Source: Eledone cirrhosa (lineage: Eukaryota). From it: a stretch of 64,000 nt of DNA. Each line of letters opens with the position of its first letter. The first letter of the stretch is position 1. The stretch spans positions 74,400,001 to 74,464,000 of the forward strand of contig OZ024747.1 in NCBI GenBank assembly GCA_964016885.1, in the 5' to 3' direction. Below, piece after piece: positions 1 to 16,052 of the stretch. The notes beneath the pieces were generated by a model that saw nothing but the letters and a program-made list of their open reading frames with translations, had not been told where the DNA came from and made no database searches. The position numbers were made by a program, and so were the translations under genes.

Positions 1-726
1 TTATTAGTTTTTAGATAAAATTTCATTTTGATGGTTAATGTGTTAATCTGAAGGTGCAGGACAAACATAAATCCTTGCTGTGTATTTCGTCTGGATTTCC
101 GCCTTCTGAATTCAAATTCTGTCGGGATTATCTTAGCTTTTCACTCTTATATGGTGCCGTAAATCCCGAGGGCGTCGTAGCGGGGCCGTAGTGACATACA
201 GCATTTCTATGGCATCTTATAAACCTGACGGAGCCCAGCTTCTCTCCGGCTCAAAAACAGTAGATTTTTTCAGAGAAGGATAGAAAGTGAGAGAATGGAA
301 GTGAAGAAGAGATATAGAGGAGAAATCGAACCCAGTACTAGATTTTTTTATCGACTGGATAAAAGTCAAAGTTGACCTCGGTGAGATTTACTCAGGAAGA
401 AGAGAGATGAAACTAATATCGCAAAGCATTCTCTCCGACGTTTTAACAACTCTGCTAATTCACCACCATAACTTAAATATATTTCTTAGTCATGAGTTTC
501 AGGATTGGTTGATTAGACAGGGAATATTTGGTGAAATATTTGGCTTTTGGTGGAAGTTGTTTTATTGTGTTAAAAGTTGTGTTAAAAGTTCTGTTTTAAG
601 GATGAGTAAATGTATTTGTCTGATGGCTTTTGGTTTGTTGTATTTCTTTACTGTTTGCTATTATACAGTTGTTAGGTGTGGTTGTCAGAGAATATATATA
701 TTCTTTTACTGGCTTCAGTCACTATA

Positions 727-835
<109 letters not shown>

Positions 836-929
836 CGTGAAAAATAACAAAGAGGGTGTATTGAGGATATAGATAGACAGATGATATCCTGAATATATAT
901 ATATAGACATACATACATACATACATACA

Positions 930-1060
<131 letters not shown>

Positions 1061-2071
1061 TGAGTGTAAAAGCAGAATAGAAGGAAGAATATGATATAAT
1101 TGATTCAATTGAACAGAGACAAGTGACTACTGTATCAATTAATTTTATCTTTAGAGATTTTTTTTTCTTATCACATTTTATACCTTATTTTTTTGTTTAG
1201 CAATAATATCCCAAAGCTAGGAATATCTAGTGATATCTTGACGTGTCATATCCTGTAGAAATATTAAAGAAAGGAGCTCAACATAAATAACAATTTCAAG
1301 AAGAAAATAAACTGTTATTATATATATATCTACTCCATGAGTCAATCAATAATAGAACATGATAATTCCGCCATTTAAAGTAAATTGATGAAGATGTTGT
1401 TGCTGTTTTTATTATTGTTGTTTGGTTGTTTGGTTATTTTTTTTTTATGTTTTGATGTATATATATATATGTTGTTTTTTTTTGTTTTTTTTTCTTCTTG
1501 TTACTGCTGAATTTTTCTGATTTTTTTCACGTTTTACTTGTTCTTGTCCATACTGTTGTTGTTGTTGTTGTTCGTCTTGTCATCTTCCTTGCTGGAAAGG
1601 CAATTTGACGCTCGGGAATGTTGCCACCTTCCATCCCTGCTTCATCAACGCGCCAAAATGTCAGTCGTGTTTAATTGAGCATCACCTCGCTAGTATACAC
1701 AGACACGCACTCATACACACACATACACACACATGTCCACACATAGACAGAGAGAGAGATAGAGGGGGCAGTATGATAGAGACAGAGAGAGAGAGAGAGG
1801 GAGCAGTGAGATAGAGAGAGAGACACAGATAGAGAGAGAGAGGGGGACAGTGAGACAGAGAGAGAGAGACAAGGAGAGAGAGACTAAGAGAGAAAGAGAA
1901 GCAGGATTCAAAAGTTACTATTGAGGCCGCCATGCTGGTAATATTTGGCCGGGACATCCCACAGTTACACACACATAGGTTCACATATACACACACTCTC
2001 GCACATAGTCTTGTGTAAGCTCGTATAGATATATATATATATATATATATATATGTGCGCGTGTGTCCATG

Positions 2072-2113
<42 letters not shown>

Positions 2114-2634
2114 TACATATATATATATATATATATAAATGTATCTCTCTCTCTTTTTCTCTAAATATATATATATATATACATATGTATGTATGTATAT
2201 ACACATATATGTATTTATATATATATATATGTATGTATGTATATACACATATATATGTATGTATATATATGTATATACACATATATGTGTATGTATATAT
2301 ATATATGTATATGATATATATATATATAAATATATATATATATACACGTGTATGTTTTTGTTGGTTTTTTATTGATTTGCTGGTTGTTGGGTTAAGAGTT
2401 AACGCTTGTGGGTTAATTCCTTCCCATCTGGTGTCGCTACTATACTCAAGAAAGTCAGTTTGATGCGTGATCCCCTTTTTTCTCTTAATTGCTGTCTCTG
2501 AGAATTATAGAAAAAATTCTCAGATAAAAGCTCTCCTTTTGACGTTGGTAACACCTTCTTATTTATTAAGTGGTTCCTCGTTCTTTGCACATACATTCAA
2601 TCACATCAGCTATGGTTCTTATAGTATATATTCA

Positions 2635-2709
<75 letters not shown>

Positions 2710-2734
2710 TACAATATGCTGGGTCCCTCAACCT

Positions 2735-2768
<34 letters not shown>

Positions 2769-2923
2769 AGGAAACCGAAAACGAATAAACACGAGGGTGC
2801 AATAATATAAAGTGGTATTAGTTTCACTTTAGAGAGTGAGAGAGAAAAAATATATATATAAAACCCGTGGCTTATATACATATGGGTGACCTTTGCATAT
2901 ATATATATATATATATGTATATG

Positions 2924-2972
<49 letters not shown>

Positions 2973-2977
2973 ATATA

Positions 2978-3042
<65 letters not shown>

Positions 3043-3354
3043 TATTGCTCTGATTGTTCGATTAATTGATTCATCATTGAGCCACATCGTGAATGATTGC
3101 CAAAAACATATATATATATATCTATGATTTTGTCTAGTTTGTGTATATGTAAGCCTTTATATTTGATAATCTCTCATAAGGTTGAGATGCAATTTAGGCA
3201 ATATTAGGCTGCGGTTTCAAGCAACCAGCCCACTCGCCGTAAGGCACCAATCACATTCTTTCTGACTTGACCACTGCCACGTCACAGTTCTTAGCCATTT
3301 TGAATTCGTTTCTGACGGGGATCATTTAAGAAAAATCTTCGTCCAAGTGAGTTT

Positions 3355-3436
3355 GTTTCCTGATGATTTCGAAGCTCGAGAATTTATCCTTGATCGGATA
3401 TTTCCAAAATCGAATGAAACCCTAAGGGGTAGAAAC
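3355..3436 (+). ncRNA. Type I hammerhead ribozyme with long stem II
   Basis: gtttc-CTGATGA-tttcga...tcgaat-GAAAC-cc-taag-gg-GTA-gaaac. Stem I gtttc/gaaac is perfect; stem III accc/gggt. Confidence 0.82.
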
Positions 3437-3729
3437 GTAATCCTGGTATGTTTATATACAGTTTTTCTTCTAACTTTAATTTTATACCTAATTGTGTATG
3501 GTTGACGATATATTTAATCGATTTCCACGTGCTATTGAAATGCTGGGTAAATATTCTATAGCTGTTGATCGCGAATAGATGGCTGTCATTTATTTATCTA
3601 TTATTTCTTCATAGGTGCCTTTTAATCTTATAGCCTGGTTTAATTGTTTTTTTGTGTGGTTGATTATGCTGATTGGGAGAGGAAATGGTGTATATATCTT
3701 ATCAAATGATTCTATGGACATATTTTATA

Positions 3730-3770
<41 letters not shown>

Positions 3771-4772
3771 TTTATATTCACAATCTGTTGTCCATTTAAT
3801 TCCAATTGTAAATCTTCATTTATGTAGCCCTTTTTGTTGAAAGCCACCCGTATATCTTTCTTGACTGTTCTTTGTTTTGTTATTGTCTCACAAGTAAAAC
3901 GGCGTATCCTCGTTTCTATAATTCACTGCTACCAACATCTTTATTGTGAAGGGTCAAAGAGCAATGTAATTCGTTTTCTGAGGGTATTTGAATTTAGATT
4001 AAGATAGATGAGTTGCACCTCTCGAATGCTTATGTGCAATGTAACTGTTGTTGATTGAATTCAAAGACAATTTGATCTTTACACATGTTTTCTATTTGAT
4101 ATTTTCTTATCTTTTATTAGTTTCTTGTGAGTGAGGAAAACATATGTATCCCTCATCACCGCCATAATCACATTTTCGGTTACAAAATTGTAATATGTTC
4201 AGCAAGGAAGAAAAAAATAAGAACAGTTTCTTTGGTCTGTAAAATAATCTACAGCTAACTGAGCGAAAATTGTCTTGCGTTTCGACTGAGAGCAGCCAGT
4301 GCATCGAAGCATTTTAGGCATCAACACTTCAATGGAAAACTTGAAAATATATATATATATCGATCTGCCGAGACTGAGAAACTAGTAAGACATTTTTCTT
4401 ATTTCTGTCTAAAAAAAACCTAACTGTGATCTATACTGTCTGTAAACTATTTAACTTGTTCGATATTACTGATGTCGAAGTTTCAAACAGTTCTACTCGC
4501 AAACTCAAAAGAATATTCTGTCATAGACGTTGTATATGAGAAAAAATTTTCTTAATAATTTTATGAACTTAACATACTTATAGTATATGAATTAAAGAAT
4601 ACTCACAAAGTTACTTTTATGAATGATCCACGCAGAAATATATTAATATTAAAATAATTATTTTTCTTAATAATCTTTTTTAGTCTATTACATTTCTATG
4701 AGGAAGAAGAAAACAAACTATACATATATGTACGTAGATGTGCGTCCATCTATAAATAAGCACACACACACA

Positions 4773-4896
<124 letters not shown>

Positions 4897-5679
4897 GGTG
4901 TGCGTGTGTGTGATATGCGATAAGTTTATTGGTAGGCATATCGTGTATTATTCGATATAGGACCCTCATATCAACGTATGTATGTAGCTATGTTGTAGCG
5001 GACATCCTAATAATTGTTTCTTATATAGGCACAAGGCCAGCAATTTAGGGAAGGGCAAAGTCGATTAAATCGACTCCAGTGCGTGACTGGTACTTTATTT
5101 TATAGACCCCGTAAGGATGAAATGCAAAGTAAACTCGGCGGGATTCCTAATAATAATAAAGATGCCCTTGTCATTTCAACTCGTAACCTGGCGAAGAGCA
5201 ATGAAATACTTTAAGGTATATGGTCTGGCGAACAACCAATTCTACCATTCATCATAGATCTTCTACCATTCATCACAGATCCTCTTAGAAAAGATTTTAA
5301 ATTTCGCAAGGCTGAGTGAAACAGTTTTGTAACTCCTGGCTTAACGGTTCTTTTCTACATCGAGTATTTAAGGTCTACAGGAGCTTTATATCCTCCATTA
5401 AGTGTTTCAATCAAAGTAATGGTGTGACATGAAATATTAAAGTAGTTGATTTCCTTTCATTGCAGAGAAATATGTTTATGAGAAAATATAAATGAAGTAG
5501 ACAGCTTTTTGTGTATTATTATGGAAGCCTAATTGGACATGATGGCTAATCTCAGGATATTGGAATACGACTACTGGTAGATGCTTGTAATTGTTTTACT
5601 TCTCTGTACATCAGAATCTCTAGATAACTATATACTTTATAGAATGTAACGATAAGCCTAATCAACTAACGAAACAAGG

Positions 5680-6560
5680 CTTTCTGTATTTTTATCTGTA
5701 AAATGTCTAATACATCTTATCAAAAATAATTCCTCTGGCAATGGTTGATTCAATGCCCACTTTTCTTAAATCAACAAATCGGTTTTGAGACATGGTAGAT
5801 CTTAAATAACGTTTTATAAATTTCAGTTTACTAAACGATTTTTCTGCCAATGTTGCTTTAACTGGAATCATTAACAATATTGTCTAACAAACAAAAGCAT
5901 TTGGAAATATTTCTTGTGGTTAGTTAATAAAGTTTGCATATCTATTGGTTTCAGGTTGAGTTCACCAAAATGTGCTTGATGTACAAGCATCAAATGCTAA
6001 ATCTTGTTCCAAATTCTTCATCTTTAAGTGCAGTAGGATATTAGTGTGTTAAACTTTTCACGTTTTCTCTAGATCATTTACAGACACCACGAGTTTGTTT
6101 CACGAGAAATCCAAATTTTCAGCCAACTGTTTAACGGTATTAGTAACACGTACAGTTAAATCTGTTACATTACCAAAGAAATCAAAACTCAAATCACTGA
6201 AGTAGGCCTTTTCTGCGAGTGATATCTGCCAAGTTCTCATCAGTTGTTCTATCATCATACACCCATGTTCTCTTTCGTCTCACGCCATGACAGTTTTATT
6301 TCCATTTCATGATCTGACGCCAACGTTTTAACTTCATTCTAGATACCTTTCCTGTTGCTTGAACATTCATCAAATCTTTAAGGAGAATTTCAATGTCAGA
6401 TATCACCACAACTAATATGGAATCTCAGGTTTGAAGAATCTTAATACAAATATCTATTGGAACCAACATTTTATATCTAACAGCTTACATAAAAAACTTT
6501 TATTGGATGTTAAGTTAAGCTCTTAACAGGTCTTGCAATACTAACTGAATACCGGTAAGT
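5680..6560 (-). pseudogene. Decayed hAT transposase (ZMYM1/Tip100-like), including the C-terminal dimerisation domain
   Basis: Manual translation of ~5915-5720 gives QEIFPNAFVC*TILLMIPVKATLAEKSFSKLKFIKRYLRSTMSQNRFVDL. This matches the hATC consensus P.T.A.AERSFSKLK.IK.YLRSTM.Q.RL. The upstream boundary is uncertain. Confidence 0.8.
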
Positions 6561-8907
6561 TGAGATGCAAATGTTTTGAAATTTCCCGGCCTGTTAAACC
6601 ATAAAGATTCTGGCATTATGTGTGGAGAACAATCTATGACATTTTAAAGTAATTCTGATAGTTTAACTGTGGAGAGTTTACATCAAATGTGAACGTGACA
6701 GCCACATAGGGAAAATATTACCCTTGAAAACCGTTGAGGTATTTTCGCTAGGACGTTCTTGATTTTTAACACTATGTCATAACGTTTGTCGCTTACTTGC
6801 GTTCTGCTGTCGATCAGAGGAAGGATGGGACTTTCAAACGTGTCCCTGTTTAGCTGCACAATTTGATCTGCGTATTTATTTCTTCTGTCTACAACAAGAA
6901 TTAATGCGTTTTAATGCTATTTCCCCACCTAAAGAAGAAGTTATATTTGTGCCCCCCCCCCCCCCCCCCGACAAACTCTAATTCATCATAGGATCCCATT
7001 TGACGTAATGTTTTACGAACAGAACGGATTCTTTGAGAGAAATCTATATACACCTTTTGTTGGATATAGTTTATTAACTCCTCAAGTCTTGAAATGCTGC
7101 AATTACCGACTTAAACTTTAATTTAATGGGTACCCAAAATGAATATAATGATAAATGACGCACACCCTTTGAATACACAGCAAGTAAAACATTTCTACAA
7201 TCTTCTAATTTTATATACATACCTACTGACTAATCAAGGGGTCATGCTAAGGATGATAGTATGTATTTCTATCATTTACTTCTGATTAAATGTTCGTGCA
7301 TGCATTTCGACGATGGGCTCCAGAGCTAAGGTAATTTGCAATTTCTGATATCAGGAATGTTAAACTAGAAAGCTACTCAGCAAATTCCTTTTGACAGCTT
7401 AGAGCCAACCGGTAGCATGTACATTTTACAAATGTGATATGTCGTTCACAGAGGGGGGTGAATCTGCAGTATCGGTAGAGCATTGAACAGGACCCTTTGT
7501 GGTATTGAGTTATAACTTTATACGTTGGAAGTTCAAATCCCAACTAGCTTAACTTTGATTTTAATTTTTCCGTTATCAGAAGAAGAAGAAGAAGAAGAAT
7601 GCAGTAAACGCAGCAGCCAGGGTTCAGGTGATGGTGTTAAATCGGGCAACGGATTAATTCTGTCACCCACATACAGTATTTCATTACACGTGAAATATAT
7701 TGAAGACAAAGATAACAGGGGATTAGATCCTTTTTTTTTGTTTCTTATATTAACTTCATGACGACTATAGAAACCTCGCCCCGTTAGTTGATACATGATA
7801 TATTGTTTCAGGGATATTCTTTTAAGAAGGAAAGAGAAGCTTTCTTGTCGATGTCGAAGCTTTAATAAACTGGGATAATCTTTCTCAAGTTCCCTTAGCA
7901 TGTTGTACATCTATTAGAATTCTAAAAATATCTACTTACATTATTTAACTCAATTCTGACCGTCATGGATTCCGTGAGAACATTTCAATCCTGTTAGACT
8001 TTGAACGGACATGTGTGTACGGAATAAAAATCTATTTTAACCTATACATTTCTTTCCTTTTTCTATCTTTTTGTTTTTGGTTTGCCATATAATCTGACAG
8101 ACTTCGAAAATATTTTAAAGTGTTATTGCTAAAATCCACAAATACAAATACCCGCATACATTCATATATGTGTATGTTTATACGCATTCAACTATATGTA
8201 TATGTATGTAAATATATATGGTTGGGAAAAAAATCACTCAGCTATTCAAACAACGACTGGCATAAAACTAACCAATATATATATTTACATATAAACAAGC
8301 CTAATATGTTTATTTTTCATTGAGCCATATATATGTGTGTGTACATATGTATAAATAATAATAATAATAATAATACTAATAAATAACATGTATGTATACA
8401 TGTACATAGAAATCACACGTGAGTTTTATGTTAAAATAATTTAGAAAATAAAAAGCAATGTGGTGTAGAAATCGCTTTGTATATGATCCACAGCTCGCTC
8501 GCCACCAACAAACGTGTAGAGTTGGAAGACATAGGAAGTGGATGTGTTGGAGTCAAGTAGAATGAGAACGATGAAGAGAGGGTGAGTGTGGGTGGCAGAC
8601 AAAGAGACAGATAGAGAAACACTTTTGCTCAACACCAGCTAATGGAATTTGAAACTAGAAATTCAATAGCTGTTTACTAGCAAGTGGAATGAACATTACT
8701 TTAACCATTTACATGCAATTGCAAAAATGGAGTATCAAGATTTTCCAATAATTTTGAAGAATGGGGATTTTTACGTTTCGAATTATATATATTTTTTTTA
8801 TTGAGCGTCTTTATCTGTTTGTGTATTTATAACTATATTTTACTCTATCTATCTACCTATATTTATGTATGCATGTATTTATGTTTGTATTTATGAATTT
8901 ATGTATC

Positions 8908-8974
<67 letters not shown>

Positions 8975-9207
8975 GTATATATATGCATATATATATATAT
9001 TTATACGTATATATATGCATATACATATATATATATATACAGCGTCTGTGGTGCTGACACCGGAGTGACCACTAAACCACTAATCATGGGAGTACTTGAT
9101 GCATGGGTAGATGTAGAGTGGTTATAGAGATATGTAAAATCCCGATTGTGGCGCCAAGCTATTTACCATCGATAACTTCCCTAAATATACACACACTACA
9201 CATATAT

Positions 9208-9293
<86 letters not shown>

Positions 9294-10349
9294 TGGTACC
9301 AGGAAAAACAGGAAGATCTAGGCAGGAAGAAGTCGTCAGTAGTAGAAATGTATTGAGTGTTCAATCTTTAACATGTGTTTCTATATAATTACATAACCGT
9401 CTACATGTGCTAACTGCATAATCATATGTATTACGTAAGAATCATTGCAGTTCATCAGAAATGCAATAGTAGAGGCAGTAGAGAGGAGTTTTAGTTGGCT
9501 GAAGTCAAGGATGAACAGTAGTGATCCCCATAAGGTGTAAGTGCACTTCACTATAAGACTCCTCTATCCAAGAGGTTAAAGGCCAATAACTGATGAGTTA
9601 TGACCTGGATGTGGTATGGCCTCCTAAGAGTGTAAGGGCCGAAACCTTTACATGTCTTATACCATGCGCTATAGGGATCGTGCTGAGTAAACATACAATT
9701 TTATGGTGTAGTATTTTGCTCCTCAACTATTAAATTTCCTTCGATAGTTTACTACACTAACAATAAGTTTGTTGTTGTTAGTGTTGTTGTTGTTGGTGGT
9801 GGTGGTGATGGGTATTAGTTCCGGGTCAGACATGATCGAGCAGATCCTATCTAAAATTAGGATTATTACGGTAGGTAAACAATTCTATCGCCCACTAAAT
9901 ACTCCCACTTTGTACTCCTATGTACATAGTAAAATAGAAGTTATTTTTTTCAGATTAACAAACAGAAACAACAAATGAGAAGCAACTATTTATCACACTT
10001 AATATGTTTGCAGTCTGTTAATGAAATTATAGATGTTATTTTGAAAAGATAAGAAAACAGAGCATTTATTGTGAAAGCAAAGAAATCACTTTTCTCTAAA
10101 GCTGACTACACTAATTCAATTTTAAGCTTATATCCTCATCAGAAATAAAACGAAAGAAAAAGACTTGCAGTTTTTAAATCTACTTTTCAATAAAAGAAAG
10201 AAACAAAGTACTTTTGAATCTGCTCACGATACATTTTCGTTTCTTTCTCTTTAAAAAAATTTAACATCAAGCATTAGTGGAAACGTTGAAAGAATATTTA
10301 CCTAGTTCAGCGCAATTTTTAAAGTTATGTATATATATATATCTATACA

Positions 10350-10451
<102 letters not shown>

Positions 10452-11770
10452 TGTGCGTGTGTCTGTGCGTGTACATATACATGAACCTATATGTATACAC
10501 TCAATTCGAGAACACACTTGTTTTAAAAGAAAAAGGAAGAAAAATGGAATATGTAAATATGTAAATAAATATGAATAAAAAATCTTCCAATGTAAAAAAT
10601 AAAAGAGCGATCTCCTTCCCCCATCTCCCCAACACACTTACCTTGTTTCTTTTTCCTGATAAAAGCAGTGAATCAGTTATTTAAAGTTGATCTGAGGAAC
10701 AGTCATCGGTAGAAGGATATGCTCCTTGAATTATATACTTTCTAAATCCATTTTATGTTCAATGAAGCAAATGTTTGATTTCCTAAATGTCACTTTTGAT
10801 AGCCAAGATAAGCTTTAAAATCTATGCCATGCCTGAAAGCAGCCTTGATATTCCAAGTTCTTTTTGATGGGTTTTATTTCTGTATTTATTTTACCCTTTT
10901 AAATTTTCTATTAGTTTTAATATCAATATTGATGGGAAGGAATGATTTTTAACGCCGTCAAATGGTGTTTGGAAGTGTTGTTTCGAAGGTCGCCTTAAGG
11001 GATGATATATCTTTTTTTACAAGAAACTTTGAATGTTGAACAAATATGGAATTGCTATAGAGTTTAGGCACTTCTACTCAACGCTTGGCTTCAAAATATT
11101 GTATTATTTATTTATTATTCGGCTTCAATGTCAATGTGTTCCTAGATTGCCAAGGCATTCTCTCACCACATATCTGTAAAATATGTTGCTCTCACTCTCT
11201 GTATATATACATTGTATATATGCATTGGTTATTCATTCATTATATATATATATATATATATATTAAAGACTCCAGTTGCATTTTCGATTTCATCTTTATT
11301 CCTTATACTTTCATTTCACTCGTGTTGGACACCTCGTTTTTTTTACATTTTGTAAAAAAACCTCACTTTCTAATATATATATATATATGAATAAAGTTAG
11401 TCCTTCATCAGTGATCTTCCAACCATCATTGGTATTTCATCGCTTTAAAGACCATATACCTCCGGTTGGTGCGAGCAACGGCTAAAATATGTCGTTGGGA
11501 CACGTAAATAAAGGGGACACGAGTGTAAACAAACAAATGGTGAAGCAACGAAAAGTGAGGAAGAAGGAGTCAAGTCCCAAATTTCTATGAATTTAAATTC
11601 GGTGAAATCGTGAACGAGAGAGAATAAAGACCATCAAACCTGGTTGGAATGTGAGCAAGGAAGGAATTCCGTACAGGTCTAACGGGAGGAAGAAGGGATC
11701 TAGTCTGTGATTTCGGTGAACGTAAGTTCTGTGAAATCATAGACGAGAGAGAGAAAAAAAGCGACCTGCC

Positions 11771-11842
<72 letters not shown>

Positions 11843-12917
11843 TATATATATATATATATATATAAAACCAATATTTGATATATTATTTAATTGATTTACA
11901 TGCGTTCTTTTAAATACAGAAGGAAGTAACATCTTATTGGTTTGTATTGAAATCTATCCTCGTCGAGATTTGAACTCAAAACGTAAATAGCCGTAATACC
12001 CATAATAATTGATTAAGGCCAGCAATTTGAAGGGAACTGGGAAAGTCGATAGAATCGACCTCAGTGCATTACTGGTACTTTATTTTCTCGACCCCATAAG
12101 GATGAAAGGCAGAGCCAACCTCGGTGGGATTTGAACTCAGAACGTAAAGGGGCAATAAAAAGGGATTGGTAAAAAAAGTACCAGTCTAGTACTGGGATCG
12201 ATCCTTCCTCTATGTCTCTTTCTCATTCCCATCCTCTCACTCTCTATCCTACTCTGGAAGAAATCTACTGTATTCAAACCTGGAGAGGAGATCGGAACCG
12301 CCAGGTTTAACAATACCTTAGAGAAACCGTATTTCAATATGGTGCTCTACTAGTCCTTTAAAAGTTATGGGACTATTCATCCATACTCGATCTGGATTGA
12401 CTTAAAGCTAAACAACAATAACATTGTCACCAATATTGTTATTTGTATTGTTTTTAAATAATTATATTCAAATGTGTTTCTATATATTTCCATACAATTA
12501 CATATAAGTGAGCAATTAAAATACAAATCAATGCTTTCCTACTCAGGCAGACATTTTCTTAAACCAGTGTAGCAATCGTTTGCATATATTTCAAATTTAA
12601 ACTTTAACTACAACTAAAAATAAACCGTCAGTTATCATCTAGGTTTTCGTCTTATTTCAGTTATGCTATTGAAAGCAGGTAATTTTCTATTTGACTTGAG
12701 TGATTTTGTGGAAACTTAATGTTATTAGTGATTGCTAGAACACAAATATAACTGGTGAAGAAGGCAGCTCTTTCAGGTTCAACAACATAAATGAGAATCT
12801 TTTTTAAAGAAATCGATAATAAATGCAAAGACTTCGTTAGAAAATTAAACAAAATATTACTGATTGGAATTTCGTTACGGTTTCTATTTTCTGCTTTTTT
12901 TTACTGGGCTTGAGCTC

Positions 12918-13480
<563 letters not shown>

Positions 13481-13482
<2 letters not shown>

Positions 13483-14430
13483 ATAGGATATGTGTTCCTA
13501 CACGCACAAAGCGCTAAGGGACACATGTATTATCCAACAATATGCCAATGTGGTTCAATGGCAGGTTAATAAATTAACGAGCCAGAACATATATAATCAG
13601 GTTTAGCAAATAATGAAAAAGTTTCAAAATAAATTTTAAAAAATTGACTTTACTTACTATAGTTACCTTTACCGAATCGGGCCGTATGGTCTCTGTTTAT
13701 TTTTGAGATTCGAAACCGATTCGGTAAAGGTAACTATAGTAAATAAAGTCAATTTTTTTTAATTTATTTTGAAACTTTTTCATTATTTGCTAAACCTGAT
13801 TATATATGTTCTGGCTCGTTAATTTATTAACCTGCCATTGAACCACATTGGCATATGGTTGGATAATACATGTGTCCCTTAGCGCTTTGTGCGTGTAGGA
13901 ACACATATCCTAATATTACTATTCTCCTCTATGCTGAGAAAAAATTTGGTCGTTCCGACTGCTGCTAGTGATAGTGGTGGCCGATTGACCTACCTCCCTC
14001 TGCCTCTATCTTTACTTTCGGCCCTTGAAAAAATTGATTCCACTTCATTTACTCTCATCTCGGGAACAGTTTTGGATAGCGCTAGTTCGTAATTTAAATT
14101 CAAGAATTTTATATTCTTCGAATGAAAAGAACCTTCTGACGAGAATATTTCTTTGCAACGAAGGCCGTATGGTCTCCGTTTATTTTTGAAATTCGAAACC
14201 GATTCGGTAAAGGTAACTATAGTAAATAAAGTCAATTTTTTAAAATTTATTTTGAAACTTTTTCATTATTTGCTAAACCTGATTATATATGTTCTGGCTC
14301 GTTAATTTATTAACCTGCCATTGAACCACATTGGCATATGGTTGGACAATACATGTGTCCCTTAGCGCTTTGTGCGTGTAGGAACACATATCCTATTATT
14401 ACTATACTCCTCTATGTTGAGAAAAAAGTT
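13481..14430 (+). mobile_element. Non-coding PLE pseudo-LTR/retrozyme-like module: inverted arm plus partial tandem copies (483-bp period) with a hammerhead
   Basis: 13481-13680 is the reverse complement of ~13716-13915. The sequence from 13681 recurs at 14164. Abuts a long (TA)n tract. Confidence 0.85.
14131..14214 (+). ncRNA. Type I hammerhead ribozyme with near-palindromic stem III
   Basis: acctt-CTGACGA-gaat...attc-GAAAC-cgattcg-GTA-aaggt. Stem I acctt/aaggt is perfect; stem III accga-t-tcggt; extended stem II. Confidence 0.88.
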
Positions 14431-14563
14431 GCGACCGACAGATAGTATTAGCAATTGGAAAGACCAATGCAAACATAGTTTCCTCGGTCCGATTTGACGA
14501 GCTCCACCCCACTTGTTAAGCGAATATATATATATATATATTTGATAGGTTAATGCTACTATA

Positions 14564-14762
14564 CGAGGGCCGACTATAAGTTCAGAGGTTGAAAAGTTTA
14601 TAGGCTGACCAAGATACACTTCTGGAATGACCAAATGAGGTTTACTTTTCAACATAGTCCCAAGAAAGAAACAATGCAGTTATTAATAAAAAGAGTTGAA
14701 ACTAATTCATGCAATATTTCACATCTTCATAGCCAACCCATGAACGTTTCAGCCGACCCTTG
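14564..14762 (+). mobile_element. Mariner-type MITE (~200 bp)
   Basis: TA|cgaggg...gaaaagtttataggctgac at the left end, ...atgaacgtttcagccgaccct tg|TA at the right end. Same family as copies at 27301, 55622 and 57568. Confidence 0.8.
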
Positions 14763-15088
14763 TAGGTATATATGGATAACGTGATTTTGTCATTTTGCAG
14801 CTTTTTACGGTCAGTGTGTTTTGAAATGTAGATTTACTCAAAGTAGGTGGAAGTAAGCCAGTTGCCATACACCTACAGTTTGGTGAAGGCCAACATCTCA
14901 CAAATTCTTATTTTTGTATTCTGTCCAGTTACTTGTAAGTACATCGTTTACACTACCTGGACATAGATATACTCGTAACTCATACATAAATTATATGGAA
15001 GAAGGGTTAATTACTATAACACATAAATTGAGCCTATATTACAACTGGCCTGGCCATATTTCCTGGTTTGTTAAGAAGGAAACTATGT

Positions 15089-15238
15089 CTTACAGCTAAC
15101 TTGGGCTTATTACCATCTTTGTTAAAATAAGCTACGTTTTAGAGTTAACTTGGGTTTATTACCATCTTTGATAGAATAGGCTACGTTTTACAGCTCACTT
15201 AGGTTTATTACCATCTTTGTTAAAAGAGGCTGTATTTT
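15089..15238. repeat. Minisatellite, 49-bp unit x3
   Basis: ttgggtttattaccatctttg-like sequence recurs at 15101, 15150 and 15199. Confidence 0.9.
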
Positions 15239-15982
15239 ATATTCGGTGATCCAGCTATGATAATCTAATTTTATATATACGGTACTACATCTTTAAGGGA
15301 ATTTCGCTGCTATTACTAGAAGATAAAACATTCAAATAGAGGATCCCGTGTTCTCATGTTGAATTAACATTTTAGTAGTGTGTGCTAGGTACATTAGATT
15401 GGTGTATTAGATATTTGTTTTGGTTCGGGCTACGAAGTTGTGAGAAAAACATAGAAAAATGTTGATGGCAAAAAGAAGAAATGTAGGAGGGTTGTATCGA
15501 TACATGAAGTGGGGGGAAGTGTAGAAATGTCACCAGTTGGTGGCAGATGTTGGCATCTGGTCAGGCTATATAAACTATTTAGATGCAATAAATAAATATA
15601 ACCCCACAAGAAGAGGTGAAACAGTCTGTGAAATGGGAAGAAGAATTAACGACTTTAACTGATTTAGATGTCATATTAACCCCAGGCTGCTGGTTCCATT
15701 ACACTGCACACTATCATCGGCACATGTATGTGTGCATGATTTTTCACATAGTTTTGAATCAAACATTAATTTGGGGGTAAACTTTGAGTAAATAGAAAAT
15801 GTTTAAAAGTTAGTGAGAGGACTGTACCAGTAATATAAAAGTACCATCTAGTGACCTGATTCTGACCAAAGATTACATTAAGAATACAGGTGTCTATTGA
15901 ACACTCAACACGTTTTGCCCAGTGTTTGGTGGACTCAAGCATTGTAGATGAAATTGGATAGACTGCTATTTCCCATTCCTTG

Positions 15983-16052
15983 TCCATGCCTACACTTATT
16001 TCTGGTCATAAATCTTGGGCAGTGAACGAAACAATACGATTGCCTTTACAAA
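15983..16052 (+). pseudogene. Tiny RTE-clade LINE remnant
   Basis: Translates as MPTLISGHKSWAVNETIRLPLQ, resembling the RTE C-terminal motif PTLTYGHESWVMTERIRSRVQ. Confidence 0.35.

Noticed and set aside
6237-6244. Isolated CTGANGA boxes (also ~9332, 10137, 11406, 27700, 33745, 35382, 47083, 57814, 58983, 63818)
   Set aside because: No properly placed GAAA with pairing stems I and III. Such 7-mers are expected by chance.
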